A DNA stretch of 64,000 nucleotides, taken from the NCBI GenBank assembly GCA_025558095.1, contig JAIVFI010000035.1, positions 434,001 through 498,000 on the forward strand, in the 5' to 3' direction. This DNA comes from Hyaloraphidium curvatum SAG 235-1. Taxonomy: Eukaryota; Fungi; Monoblepharomycota. The first letter of the stretch is position 1; the number at the start of each line of letters is the position of its first letter. The notes below the pieces were generated by a model. The model was given only the letters and a program-made list of their open reading frames with translations. It was not told the origin of the DNA and did no database searches. The translations under genes and the position numbers were made by a program. Shown here in pieces: positions 34,644 to 46,231 of this stretch.

Positions 34644-36176
34644 TGCTGCCGAAACAAAAGGCGGCACGGGTTGCGGTGCCGGCGCCCGCTGCCCGCGGCC
34701 GGGAGGCCGATGGGGGACGGCGCGGCTTCCCGCGGGTCACTCGTGGTGGCTCGAACCACCGCCGACTGGATTGCGATCCCCTCCCCCGGCGATCGCCAGT
34801 GAAGCAACCACGGGTCCAAGATTCCCTTTGAACGGAGGAAAGTCAAGAGGGACTGGATTCATCCCGATTCGTTGCCTAAATGTGTGCGGGTCAGATTCCG
34901 TTGGCACGACACCGCAGGTGATTCGAAGCAATCGGATCAAATCCAATGATCCATCGTCTCGACATGGCAGAATGGCCTACATGGCCGGGATCACGACGGA
35001 TGTCTCCAACTCATTGCGCGCACGTGCGAGGTTGACCAAACAGTTGCTGTGCTCAGTCGGGCTCGGAGAGCTCCCGTCTGCTATTCCACCAATTGACGTA
35101 CTACCCCCGCTGCACCTACACCATCCTGGCGGATGGGTGCGTGTGTCGAACGTACTGCAACAAGGCCCTGGCATCCCAGTTCGCGGTCAAGCTCTTCCCG
35201 GACTACCGGGCGAATACCTTGGCTGATTGCATGTACGCCGCCTCGGCTGCCCAGAACCTCCGCGCCATTGAAGCGGTCTCCTCTGACATCCTCGACCCGG
35301 CACGATGCTGTTGCCTCTATGCGTGATTTTCTGGACCACCTGGGAGCCGTCCGTGGGTACCCAGTCGCGATCTTGCGGCCGCGGGGCTTGCATCGGGCGT
35401 GCCGAAACCCCGACACCCGCCTGCCGGACCTCGCCCTCGCCAACCTGCGTGCTGCCATTACTGCTGCTTGTACCAATTAGACAATGCGAGCTCCATCCAC
35501 CCCTGTGCACCGGCTTCGCACCCCGCCCTTGCCTCTGTTGAGGCGTCCGCGCCGACCCCGAATTCAGCAATATGGCCCTACCAGCCCATCCTGCACGGCC
35601 ATGACGGCGACCACTCGCCGACTGCACCCTGACAAACGCCACCGCACACCTCGCCGCCATTGCCTGTCGTCGCCGCGCCGCACACCAGCCTTTGTCGACC
35701 GCTTGCTGACGCTGCTACCGTCTACCTCATGAACTTCAACGGTTCGTCGGGGATACTAACGGCAACGGCCCTCCCTTGGGCAATTATCAGGTGAGCTTTC
35801 CCGGACGGTGGCGCAAGCTGGTGTGCGACGCGAGCTCGACGGCACGGTACGGGCTTCGTGCGTGGCTTTCTTGCTCGATCTCCCCGCCTGCTCTTGGTCT
35901 TCAGCGGCTGTGGGAACGGCCCCTGTCGCCGTCCTTCGTGTGGGGAGATCGGCACGACGTGCATGCCCCCATTGGCACGGCCTAACAGCTATTCCAATAA
36001 CATGACCTGCTCCAGGCCCTGAACGTAACTCAATGAATCCATCGTCCCAATAGCCTAGACGGCGCTGATGCGTCGTCAGCGTCCAGCGACGGAGATGGCT
36101 GCTGGTGCTGCGGGGTCTCGCAGCACGGAGGATCGAGGAGACACGGGCATGCCTTTCTCCGCCACAGAACGCGCCT

Positions 36177-37195
36177 ATGCTGCGTTGGCGCTACGCCCTT
36201 GCCGTCGCGGCCGCCCTCCTGGCAGGCTCGTCTCTTGCCGCGCCTTTTGTTTCCTCGCCGCCCCGCGAGGCCGTAGCCACGCTCGTGACTTCCCCGGGCT
36301 TCGTCGCCGGTGCCGCGGTGCTCGCGCGCACGGTGCGCCGCCATTCGCCCGGACGCGACCTGCTGGCGCTGATCCCCGCCGGGAACACGCTAGGCGCACG
36401 GCACAGGACGATGCTCGCGCAGGTCGGCTGGCGGTTGGCGGACGTCGCGGACGTGCCGTTCCCCGTGCCCGTGCACCTCCGCTGGAAGGACATGCTGGTC
36501 AAGCTGCACCTGTTCAAGCTCATTCAGTACGATGCAGTAGCATACTTGGACGCGGACGCGTACCTTGTGGGCGAGATCGACGTGCCGTTCCGAGTTCTGC
36601 GGGAGTCGGGCGCGCCGCTGGCTGCCGTGGTGGAGCCGAGCAGGTTGCCCGTGTCACCGTACAACGAGACACTCACGGGTGCTTTCAACGTGGGTTGGAT
36701 CCCGGGATCCCGGTCCAGCGCGCGCGGCCCTCGCTCACTCGGCCTTTCCTGCAGGCTGGGGTCTTTTGGATCAAACCGACCGGCGAGGACGGCTTCCGCA
36801 ACCTCGTGGACCGCGCTGGCACGTACTCTGCCGGCAAGTACGGCGACCAGCCCTTCCTAGTCCGCGAGTTCGCCTGGGTTGGCGTCTGGCTCCCCGCCGC
36901 GTACAACAGCATTTTCAAGTACCGAACGCTGTACCCGCACCCGGGCTACCCGGGGCCCCAAGGGCCGCGGGTGATCCACTTTGCGGGCAACTTCAAGCCC
37001 TGGGCCTTGTGCGTGGGGCATCCCGAGACGAAAAACGTCTGTGATCAGCAACACCCTTACATGGAGGGCTGGAACGCCGAGTTTGCCGCCGCGTTCCGGG
37101 AAATGGGGTGGACCGAGGCGGACTTTGCGGGTGAGAACGGCACAGTGATCGTGGATTTCGAGAGGGTTTTTCGGCGGCATCCGGACGCGCGATGA
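36177..37195 (+). CDS. GT8 glycosyltransferase (glycogenin/GUX-like fold), N-terminal anchor, one intron (~36689-36753); copy A1
   Basis: ATLVT..FVAGAAVL, KLHLFKLIQYDAVAYLDAD, FN|AGVF, GDQPFL, YN, IHFAGNFKPW. Confidence 0.9.
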
Positions 37196-37553
37196 TTCGT
37201 GACCAGATGACCAGACGCAATTCGCAGCATCATGAGCGGGTCTGGTGTTTGCGTCGATGGCGAGGTCCGCTGCGCCGAATGCATGAGCGGTGGACGGAAT
37301 GAGCGACTTGACTCTTTTGCTTAAACAATATACACGAAAACTTGTCTCTACCTAGCAGAGCAACATTCTTAGACATGCACGCTATTGTGTACGACGTCCA
37401 ACGCGATACGAAGCTGTGCCCCACATAAGCTACCCTTCTCTTCGTGGCGCCACCTACCCGTTGCCGCCCTTGAGCCGTTGGTTCGGGGAGGAGCCGGTGG
37501 GCCCCAAGAAACCGCAATAACGTGGGACGAAGACAGCGAAGCTGCTTCTGCTA

Positions 37554-38609
37554 ATGAGGCGGTCGCAAGCCCTCGCCACCGCGGCTGCCCTCCTGGCAAC
37601 AGGCGCGTTGTTTGCCGCGCGTGTACTGTCGCCGCCGCGCGAGGCCGTGGCCACCCTCGTGACGGCGCCTGAGTTCGTCGCGGGCGCCGCTGTTCTCGGG
37701 CGCACGCTGCAGCGATACTCGCCCGGACGCGACCGGCTGGCGCTGGTCCCACCCGGAAACATTCTCGGAGAGCGGCACAGGGCCATGCTCGCGCAGGCCG
37801 GGTGGCTCGTGGCGGACGTGGAAGCCGTTCCATTCCCCGTGGCCGTGAACGCGTACTGGAAGGACATGCTCGTCAAGCTGCACGTGTTTAAGCTGGTGCA
37901 ATACGACGCCGTGGCCTTCATGGACGCCGACGCGTACCTTGTGGGCGAGATCGACTTGCCGTTCCGAGTTCTGCGGGAGTCAGGCGCGCCGCTCGCGGCG
38001 GTGTTGGAGCCGAGCTTCAAGCCCGTGCCGCCGTACAACGAGACCCTCACGGGTGCTTTCAACGTGGGTGCAGATCCTAGTCCCGCGCCGCCGTCGCTCA
38101 CAGCTTTTTTCCTGCAGGCTGGGGTCTTTTGGATCAAACCGACCGGCGAGGACGGCTTCCGCAACCTCGTGAACCGCGCTGGCACGTACTCTGCCGGCAA
38201 GTACGGGGACCAGCCCTTCCTCGTCCGCGAATTTGCCTGGGTAGCTGTCTGGGTCCCGGCGCGCTACAACAGCATCCTCAAGTACCGAACCCTGTTCCCG
38301 CACCCGGGCTATCCCGGGCCCGAAGGGCCGCGGGTGATCCACTTTGCGGGCAACTTCAAGCCCTGGGCCTTGTGCCTTGGGCATCCCGAAACGAAGAACA
38401 TCTGTGATCAGCAGCACCCTTACATGGAGGGCTGGAACGCCGAGTTTGCCGCCGCGTTCCGGGAAATGGGGTGGACCGAAGCCGACTTTACAGGCGACAA
38501 CGGGACTGTGGTCATTGAATTCGAGAGGGTTTTTCGGGCACATCCGGAGGCGTACAGGGCAACGAGCGGATCTCGGCAAGTAAATTCGGTGAGCGCCGCG
38601 CATCCGTGA
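37554..38609 (+). CDS. GT8 glycosyltransferase copy A2 (tandem duplicate; in-frame intron ~38064-38117)
   Basis: Same motifs; highly similar to A1. Confidence 0.9.
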   Translation: MRRSQALATAAALLATGALFAARVLSPPREAVATLVTAPEFVAGAAVLGRTLQRYSPGRDRLALVPPGNILGERHRAMLAQAGWLVADVEAVPFPVAVNAYWKDMLVKLHVFKLVQYDAVAFMDADAYLVGEIDLPFRVLRESGAPLAAVLEPSFKPVPPYNETLTGAFNVGADPSPAPPSLTAFFLQAGVFWIKPTGEDGFRNLVNRAGTYSAGKYGDQPFLVREFAWVAVWVPARYNSILKYRTLFPHPGYPGPEGPRVIHFAGNFKPWALCLGHPETKNICDQQHPYMEGWNAEFAAAFREMGWTEADFTGDNGTVVIEFERVFRAHPEAYRATSGSRQVNSVSAAHP

Positions 38610-38680
38610 CCGGCATTCTTGCGAAGGCAATACAGATACGATCTTTCGTTTGCACTTCCGGCTTCCGGAGAAAATTATAC

Positions 38681-40584
38681 TTAGCTCCACCCGCTACGGG
38701 GATGCACGGCTTTCTGCGAAGCCTTCTTCCCGCGCGTTGGTCCGTGCCTGTTCACCACCATCCTCACACCCAGCGCGCCGCACACCTTCACCCTGGGCTC
38801 CAGGCACACCTCTAGCACCGTGCCCCTCGCCAGCCCCGTGACCACGCTCACCTCGTACGGCGCCGGCGGATCCCGGCCGGCGTCGACGAGCTCGTACCGC
38901 CTTTCGTGCAGCTCCTCGGTTCCGTTCTTCAGCAGTTTCACCACCAGCGCGGCGCCCGCGGCGCACCGGGCCGGCACGCTGCGTGTCTGGAGGGTGATCT
39001 TGACGGCGGCCGATTCCGTGTCCGCGTGCCACTGTCGGCACGCGGCATAGGCGAGGTCCTTCCCCCGATCGGGGATTGCAGGCCTCTGGGTGCTCCGGCG
39101 GATCGCGCACGCCTCGGCCGGGGATCCGTCCCTGTTTGGGCCGACGAACTCCTTCTCCCCCGTGCCGTCCCCGACCGGACGGGTGAAGTTGAGCAGCTTG
39201 AAGTCGGACAGCTTGCCGCCCGCCAGCTCCCGATAGCCATAGAACCAGCTCTTGAATCCCTGCGAAATCCGTCAGCATCGTCGATTACCGGATGAAGCAG
39301 CAGGCGGCGGCCACCGACCTGTTCGTCCTTGAAGTTGCCCTCGGAAGCGGCCAGCCCCATGTCCTCCACGTTGTTCTCCATCAGCGCCCGACATTTGGCT
39401 GGGTCGAACGTTTCCCCGAGCATGTCGTACGCCTGTTTCAAACCGCTCGACGGGCCGTCGTTGCAGGAAATGAGGTCGTCAAACTCGACCATCACGGATT
39501 CGACGCCGGCCCCGAAGCGCTTCCGGGAATTGACCAGGTCGTGGATTTCGCGGAACCACTCCAACTGCTGCTTCAAAAGCTTCTCCGTCCACGCGCGGTC
39601 GGAATCCTTCCACCATGCGCTGTTCATGATGTCCTTCTCGCGGTACCCAAAGACGATGGCCGTCCGAGGGAACAGCGTGGTCCAGTGATCCAGGAAAGTG
39701 ACCGACATGTTGTACTGGCACGCGTTCAGGTTGAAGAGGCGAAGCTCCTTGAATCCAGAGGTCACGTAGCCGGGCACGTGCTGGAGCACCTCGCCGACCA
39801 CGAGCCTGAGCAGCCCCTCCAGGCGCGGCATGTCGAACCGGTTGAAGTACGACGGCTTCTTGGGCAGCTTGGGCTCGCCATAGCGGGTCGCGTTCCAGGG
39901 GTGCACGTAGTGCGCCCGGAGCTTGAGCGTCGCCTCGCGGAAGGTGTCGGCCGTGAGCCGGTTCTCCATGGTCGAGGCGCCCATGAGCTTGGCGAACAAA
40001 AGGAGGTTCTCCCCGCGAATGTTGTAGCACGGGATGGTGTTGAGCAGTCGCATCAGGGTGGTCGAGCCCGAGCGGCCCTGCGCGAGGACGAGGACCATGT
40101 CGAACTTGCGCTTCTTCCGCGGGAACACCGCCGGCGCAGGGGCATCGAGGGAGGGAAGGCACGAGGTCGCCGGCGGGCCCAGATCGGCCAGCTGCCTGAT
40201 CAGCGGGCCGTAGTAGGTCCTCTCGACGTTGCCGGCGAGAAACGCGGGGTCCGCCGCGCCCGGTCCTGCCGGCGGTCCCTCCCCGCCGGCCGCTGCCGCT
40301 TTTTCCGGGCGCGCCGGCGACGCGCACGGCGGGCCGACAGGGCATTCCCGCGATCCGCAGTCGGCCGCCGAAAGATTTGCTGTTCGTGTCGCCGCGGCGT
40401 AGCGGCGACCGTCCGACGCCGTCGTGGCGTCCGGGACGCCAAGCTGCGGTTGGAGCCACAGGACAATGACGACCCCGGCGGTCGCGACGAGGAGGATAGA
40501 GGCAGGCAAGCTGCCGCTGTCGGAGCACCTCGGACGTGCCCGCGTTGGTGACATTTGCGGAACGCGATTCTCGATCGTGCGCAT
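38681..40584 (-). CDS. Type II membrane sulfotransferase (P-loop, Sulfotransfer_3/Stf0-like) with an extra C-terminal domain; intron 39260-39318
   Basis: TM ASILLVATAGVVIVLWL; AQGRSGSTTLMRLLN (5'-PAPS loop), IRGEN, GFKE. Splicing joins in frame to ORF 38681..38977. Confidence 0.8.
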
Positions 40585-41775
40585 GTCTAGAGGCGCAAGT
40601 CGAGGGCGCGCAGCGCGTCGCGCACCACCCCGGCCAGCGCGTCAATCGTGCCGGAAGGGCAGCGCACCGCGGGCGCATCCGGCCGGCGCCGCAGGGCCCG
40701 CGGAGAGCAGGCCGCGCAGCGCAGCGGCAAGCACCAGCGCGCTCACGAGCAGCCCTCGCCGCAGCATGGCCGCCTAGTCTGCGACGGCACGCGAGCCTAA
40801 CCTCCTGCACCCGGACGTGACCGTGGAGGAGGGCAACGGCCAGTGCAAAGTCTGCGAGATGTCGATGGTGTCCTCCCCCCAACACGCCTTCGCCTGCTCG
40901 GGCAGTGCCAAAGCCGCCGCCACCCGCCACAAGGCCATCAACAACGCGCTGCTCGAGATCCTCCGCGCCCTCCCCAACGTTCCCCTGCACGTCGTCAGGG
41001 AAGCCGTGCTCGCTGCCGAGGGCGTACCCCGGAGGGCAGCAGCCCCTGCTCCCCCGCAGCCGACCGCTTCTGCTTCCGCCCGATCACCATGCCACGGAGG
41101 TGGCACTCGAGCATCCCGATCGCGGGACCATCAACACGGACCATCGCTGCGATGCCTACGTATGGCTCCTCAACTCGTCTCTCCGGTGGTTCATCGACAT
41201 CTCGGTCACGTACCCGAACCCCGCGCAGCTCCCCGCAGCGGCCACCAAGGCGCTTGCGGCCGCAGAGGCGCGCTCTCTTGCTAAGATCCGGCACTACCAG
41301 CGCCACTACCTGATCGGGACCAACACTCCGACCTCTCTCGTTCCCGCAGTGATGGAATCTCCAGGGACGTTCCATCCCGAGTTCGAGCGACTTCTTCAAC
41401 AGCTCTCTCTCCTCGCCTTCCCCCGTGGCCCTGACCCTGACGGCCCCGGGGATGACATCGATGGACTGAGGGCCCTCTTCATGACTTCGGCACGCCAGCG
41501 GCTTACGGCGGCCCTGGTGCGCGGCACGGAACCCATATTCCGACGCTGGGTCAATCTTTGCGTTCGCGGCAACGGCGGTGGCTCTGCTGGAGGTTCTTCG
41601 GACGGCCAGGCTTCAGGATCGGGGTCGCTGCAGGGGGCGTCCACGGCGGCTGGGAGGGCGGCCGGTGAGGTAAGTCGTCGGGTGGAGGGCGCGGCTCAGT
41701 GGCTCTACGAGATGGAAGGGTAAATTTCGGGGGGCAGGGCTTCGCTTTTCGTGTAATTAATCAATAGCCTAACAG
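40585..41775 (+). mobile_element. 5'-truncated CRE-like non-LTR element (second family), CCHC plus RLE nuclease only
   Basis: CKVC..QHAFAC..RHKAIN..VVREA; RCDAY..FIDISVTYP..AKIRHY..LVPAVMESPG; internal frameshift. Confidence 0.82.
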
Positions 41776-41872
41776 TAGTGCGCCTTCTACCGACCACGAT
41801 ACACAAACTATTCTTCATGGATGCAGACGAGGCGGATTCGTCCGGTGCGCGGCGACGCGGCGGGCTTGCAGA

Positions 41873-42913
41873 TCATTGCCGCTGCTCCTTTCTTCCGAAG
41901 CTGTCCGGATCCGGCACCCGCTCGCGCGCCGGCCGGCCCCCCAAAAGCCCCCCCCCGCGGTTCATCAGGTCCGAAAAGAGCACCTCGCACTCCCCGGTCG
42001 AGTTCGCAAAATCCGCGGCCTCCAGGCGGAGCTCCCGCGCCGCCTCCGCAAACCCGTCCCACCACTGCTGCATCGCGGGGTGCGGTTCCACGCAGAACGG
42101 CTTCGACTCGGGAAACCCCCCGCAGGCCAGCCACGGCTTGTACTTGCCGGCAAAGTGCACGATCAGCGCGCGCGCAGGCTCGTAGTACCCCTCCACGTCG
42201 AAAAAGTTGAAGGCCATGTTGAACCACTTGGGCAGGCCCAGGTAGCGCCCGGCATACGTGCGGACGAGAAATGGCTGGTCCCCTAGCATGGTGTCCGGGT
42301 GATAGCGGGAGCGCCGGAGCAGATCCGCGTGCATGCGGGCCGAGGGGCGGAGGAACAACACGCCGGCGTTGAAGTGCCCCGAAAAAGCGTCGTTCCACGG
42401 CCCCTTGGCCTTCCGCAGCGGCGCATTCACGGCGGCCAGCTCGGCCGTGGAGGCTAGGAGCAGGCGGAGGGCCTCGCCGACGGGCCCGGCCAGGTAGGTG
42501 TCGGCGTCGAGGTAGGCCACCGCCGCATACTCCGCCATCCCCCAGGCGTGGACCTTGCCCAGCGTGTCGCGCCACTGCCGCGGCACCGGCCCCGAGAACG
42601 GCACCGCGTCCACGCCGGCCACGCGCCAGCCGGCCCGCGCGAGCGCCCCGCGCGCGCGCGCGCCCAGCTCCGCGTCGGCGGGGACCAACGCAATGCGGTC
42701 CAGCTCGGGGGCGTGGGTCGCCAACGTGCGCGCGAGGACGACGGCGCCGGCGAGGTAGCCCGGGGAGGAGACGATAGTGACGGCGGCGAGGCGGGCCGGC
42801 CGGGGCGCGGGGCCGTCCACGAGGCGGAACAGCGCCATGGTGCCGAAGAAGCCGACGGCTGGGAGTATGATCCGAGCCAGCCGTACGGACAGGGCCGGCA
42901 GGAGGCGCGCCAT
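41873..42913 (-). CDS. GT8 glycosyltransferase, divergent copy B, intronless
   Basis: YLAGAVVLART, KVHAWGMAEYAAVAYLDAD, FNAGVL, GDQPFL, VHFAGKYKPW; N-terminal TM. Confidence 0.9.
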   Translation of the reverse strand: MARLLPALSVRLARIILPAVGFFGTMALFRLVDGPAPRPARLAAVTIVSSPGYLAGAVVLARTLATHAPELDRIALVPADAELGARARGALARAGWRVAGVDAVPFSGPVPRQWRDTLGKVHAWGMAEYAAVAYLDADTYLAGPVGEALRLLLASTAELAAVNAPLRKAKGPWNDAFSGHFNAGVLFLRPSARMHADLLRRSRYHPDTMLGDQPFLVRTYAGRYLGLPKWFNMAFNFFDVEGYYEPARALIVHFAGKYKPWLACGGFPESKPFCVEPHPAMQQWWDGFAEAARELRLEAADFANSTGECEVLFSDLMNRGGGLLGGRPARERVPDPDSFGRKEQRQ

Positions 42914-43415
42914 GAGGGGTGTCAAACACGGGCACGGGAACAGCCCCCGCCGGACCCGAGCGAGTCATTGTAGGGCTGGTGTCCCCGTGTCCTTGCGCGG
43001 CGGCCTGATTTACTGCGGCTTCATCCAGAGATACAAGCATGGAAGCAATGAGCCTTGACAAAGTGCCCTCTCGGCAGGAGGCCCTCCCCGTCGATTTCCC
43101 GGCCTAGGCGGAGTTCCCGCAAAAGGCCACGCGAACGCTTCGCACCCCTCATGATCATGCGGCTCCACGCAGGTGTCCGGCGCAGCAAACAGCTCGCACG
43201 GATGCCAGGGCTTGCACCGCCCCGCAAAGTGGGTTGTCGCGGCCAGCGCAAGTAGGTACGAGGAGCCGATTCATATTCCGGCCCCCGAAGAGGGGACGTA
43301 TAGCACGGGAGGCGCCTTTGTCCAATAGCGTGGGTGACCGGAGGCGGCGCCGTCGTCCTTCGCAGAATCATTTCCACAAGGCGGTCGTTGGAGGTTCGCT
43401 CAGGTGACCCCGAGC

Positions 43416-44141
43416 TCACGGTGCCGGATGATGGCGGGTCATCACCTCCGCCCCCGGCTTGCTCGTCAGCTCGAAGGAGCACCCGAGCAGGAGACACACG
43501 TACCCAAAGTCCGACTCGGAAAATGGCGTGACCCACATGTATTCCGGCCGCACGAGGCGCTCCCGAGCCCGGTACTGGAGCAGCACTACGGACCTGCCGA
43601 ACAACGCCGTGGCGCGCAGCACGTCGACCTTGCTCAGGACGTAGTCGAACGAGCCGAGGAAGGCGAAGGCCACGCGTTCCTTGCCCGCGAGCTCCGCGAA
43701 CGGGAACTGGAGCGCGTTGAGGTCGCACACCACTGTGCCGTTGTGGCGGGATTCGATGTCCACGGGCAGGTATTCCGCCAGCGCCTCGAGACCCTCCTTT
43801 GCGAGGGCGCGCTTCAGCTCCATGTGCCCGGCGCCCATGTCGGCCACGGCGCAGCGGTCGGGGTGGCAGCCGTGCAGGAAACGCGTCTGCTTGAGCCAAA
43901 GGGCCGCGGAGCGGGCGCGCGGCGCCACGTCCATGTAGAGCGAGGAGTTGAAGAAGCGCCGGACCGGGCCCGGGGGGGGGGCGGGAGCGCCGCGCAAGCA
44001 GGGGCGGAACCGCACGGGCACGTCTACGGCGCCGGGCTCCGCCAAATCCGGGCCGGCAGAAACGAGCACCAGAGCGGCAACTGCGGCCAGCACGATCGTA
44101 ACAGCGGCGGCGGCATGCAGCGCGCCCTGTGGCGGCCGCAT
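43416..44141 (-). CDS. Membrane-anchored class I SAM-dependent methyltransferase
   Basis: TM AAVTIVLAAVAALVLV; VADMGAG (motif I), YLPVD, VCDLN, FLGSFDYV. Confidence 0.7.
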   Translation of the reverse strand: MRPPQGALHAAAAVTIVLAAVAALVLVSAGPDLAEPGAVDVPVRFRPCLRGAPAPPPGPVRRFFNSSLYMDVAPRARSAALWLKQTRFLHGCHPDRCAVADMGAGHMELKRALAKEGLEALAEYLPVDIESRHNGTVVCDLNALQFPFAELAGKERVAFAFLGSFDYVLSKVDVLRATALFGRSVVLLQYRARERLVRPEYMWVTPFSESDFGYVCLLLGCSFELTSKPGAEVMTRHHPAP

Positions 44142-44229
44142 CGTAGGCGTAGGCCGTGAAGTTTCCCGTCTCCCCTTCCTCGACCGCCCGCCGCTCCTCC
44201 TCAAAGACCACGCGGAGCCGCGTCCCCCC

Positions 44230-45100
44230 GGTCCACCCTCATCACGTGTCCGTAAAACCCCAGTGCCGCAATGTGGTCGGGACCACGATCGGCATCTCTC
44301 CGGTCAGACCGAAGACGATCGCCTCCGACACCGTCGACGGGAGGCCGAGGTAGCGCCGCAGGCTTGCGACATGGACGCCGTTGACGGAGTTCGGGGAGGC
44401 GTCGAGGAACGAGGAGGGATCTATCGGGAGTTGGACCGTGAGCGCCGCGCCGTATGTGCCAGTCCCCGTTACCACGCTCCGATAAAGCATCAAGCCGAGC
44501 TTGGTCGGGAGAACTCGGTGGTCGTTGGAGAGCCCGACGAAATCGCGCGGCGCCTGCATCAGTCGGCCATGCCGTGCCTGTAGGTCAGTTAGCGTCGTGT
44601 CGTGTTCGCGGGTTAGCTTCCCCAGGTGACTCTATTCCGTCACCTCGGGTACCTCCTCTTCCAGGAGCGTCAGCCGCCTCGTCTCCCCCGCGGGCTTGTT
44701 GAAGACCTGGCGCCGCGGTCTTCCGTGGACCAACGTTGGGCTTGATCCCGTTGGCCACGCTGTACGAGCCGGCCGTCAAGTGCCCGTTGCGCATCGGCGT
44801 GCCCGAAGCACGGTATCGCCGCATCGTCGGCGTAGAGCACGGCCGTGATGGCCAGCACGAGCTCCGCGCCGTCCTCCCCCAACTGTTCGGCCCCCACCCG
44901 AAAGCCCTCCACTCCTCCAGCCCGAAGGTATCGTGCCAGCTCCGCGAGGTCGAGGTTGAACTCGCCGCAGGAGTCAGCGTTCCCCTGCGGGAGCCCGCAG
45001 AACGTGATCTCCGGAGACCACACTTACCGAATCGTACGCTTTCTCCCAGTCAACGAACAGGACATACAGTACTTCACCGGACTTCCGAGCTCGTCGAATG
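44230..45100 (-). mobile_element. Decayed LINE-type reverse transcriptase fragment
   Basis: ITAVLYADDAA, GIKPNVGPRKT and LYRSVVTGTGTYGA, spread over several frames with stops. Confidence 0.65.
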
Positions 45101-45304
45101 GGAGCTTGAACTAGGTAAATGGCGTCCATGGGCGAGCGCTAGGGCACGAATCCGACTTGTGTAGGATCCAGAATCTTGTTTGCCGCAAAGAACTTGGCGT
45201 TGCGAATGCGGAGCGCTTGGGAGAACACGCACCTTGCGAGCCGTTGACGACTTCATGAGCATCCTAAGGGCGTCGGTGCGGGGGCAGGGGACACCACCCA
45301 CCCG

Positions 45305-45875
45305 AGTCAGCATTGACACATTCCACTCTTACTGCCTCACCCTCTCCCTCCGCCAGCCCGCACCTGCACGGGCGTCCCCCGCGCCAATCATCGCCGCCAA
45401 CACCTCCTCCTCTTTACGACACGGCCGGCATCGCCTCGCTCATCCCGGCGCACCTGCAACCGGGGTCGTCTGGATCGACCAGGAGGTCCCCGAGCGCGAT
45501 TTCAAGACCTTCGAGAGCACCTGGCGGTACCGTGCCGCCGCCGAGGCCCGCATCACCCTCTTGGCTTCGGCTGGGGCCGTCATCACCTCCCGCCTGCACG
45601 TCCTCCTCCCCTCCATCGCCCTCAGCGTCCCGCCATCTACTACTCTCCCCCGAAACGGGCCGGCGACCCGCGGCTGGCCGGCTTCCTGGATGACCCGGAG
45701 GACCTCCCCGCTACGTGGGAGCCGGCGCAGCTGGAGGGCTTTAACTGGGTGAACCCCGCACGGACCGGCAGGGTGCTGAGGATGCTGGCGGCGGGAGTGC
45801 TGGCGGGGCTGTTGGCGCAGCATCCGGAGCTGGCGAGGGCGGCGGGGATGATGGGGACGGTGCCGGATGCCGGAG
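45305..45875 (+). pseudogene. Inverted, frameshifted 3' copy of the polysaccharide pyruvyltransferase
   Basis: FHSYCLTLSLR, VITSRLHVLLPSIAL and LLAQHPELARAAGMMGTVPDAG match 47470-48045 reverse-complemented. Confidence 0.9.
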
Positions 45876-46231
45876 ACTGCGTGGGAGAGTGGGAGTGTCT
45901 GAGGTACACCGCCACCAGTGAATGGCGCTACTATATGGATAGTAGCGCCTTGATTTTAGCTCCTATTCAACCGGCAAACTGATCTACTCACCCTACTACA
46001 ACAACCTAATCAGACCGACGCGGAAGGCATCGGTCAAATTCCATTGCCGTCGGTAAAGAGAGCACGAACACAGCCCGCCGCAACGGTTTTGCCAAGCCGT
46101 TTCGAGGCATACAGCCACCCGTCGTTCATGATCACTACAAGTCCGTTCCCAAGTCAGCAGCAACTTCGTGAGCTTCTTAGACAGTGACCGACGATGCAAA
46201 AGCAAATAAGGTTGTTCATGGCCTGCGCTGT

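Noticed and set aside
34950-36050. Short Cys-containing ORFs between the TF and GT8-A1
   Set aside because: Fragmented with no assignable motif; possibly a decayed gene, but unsupported.
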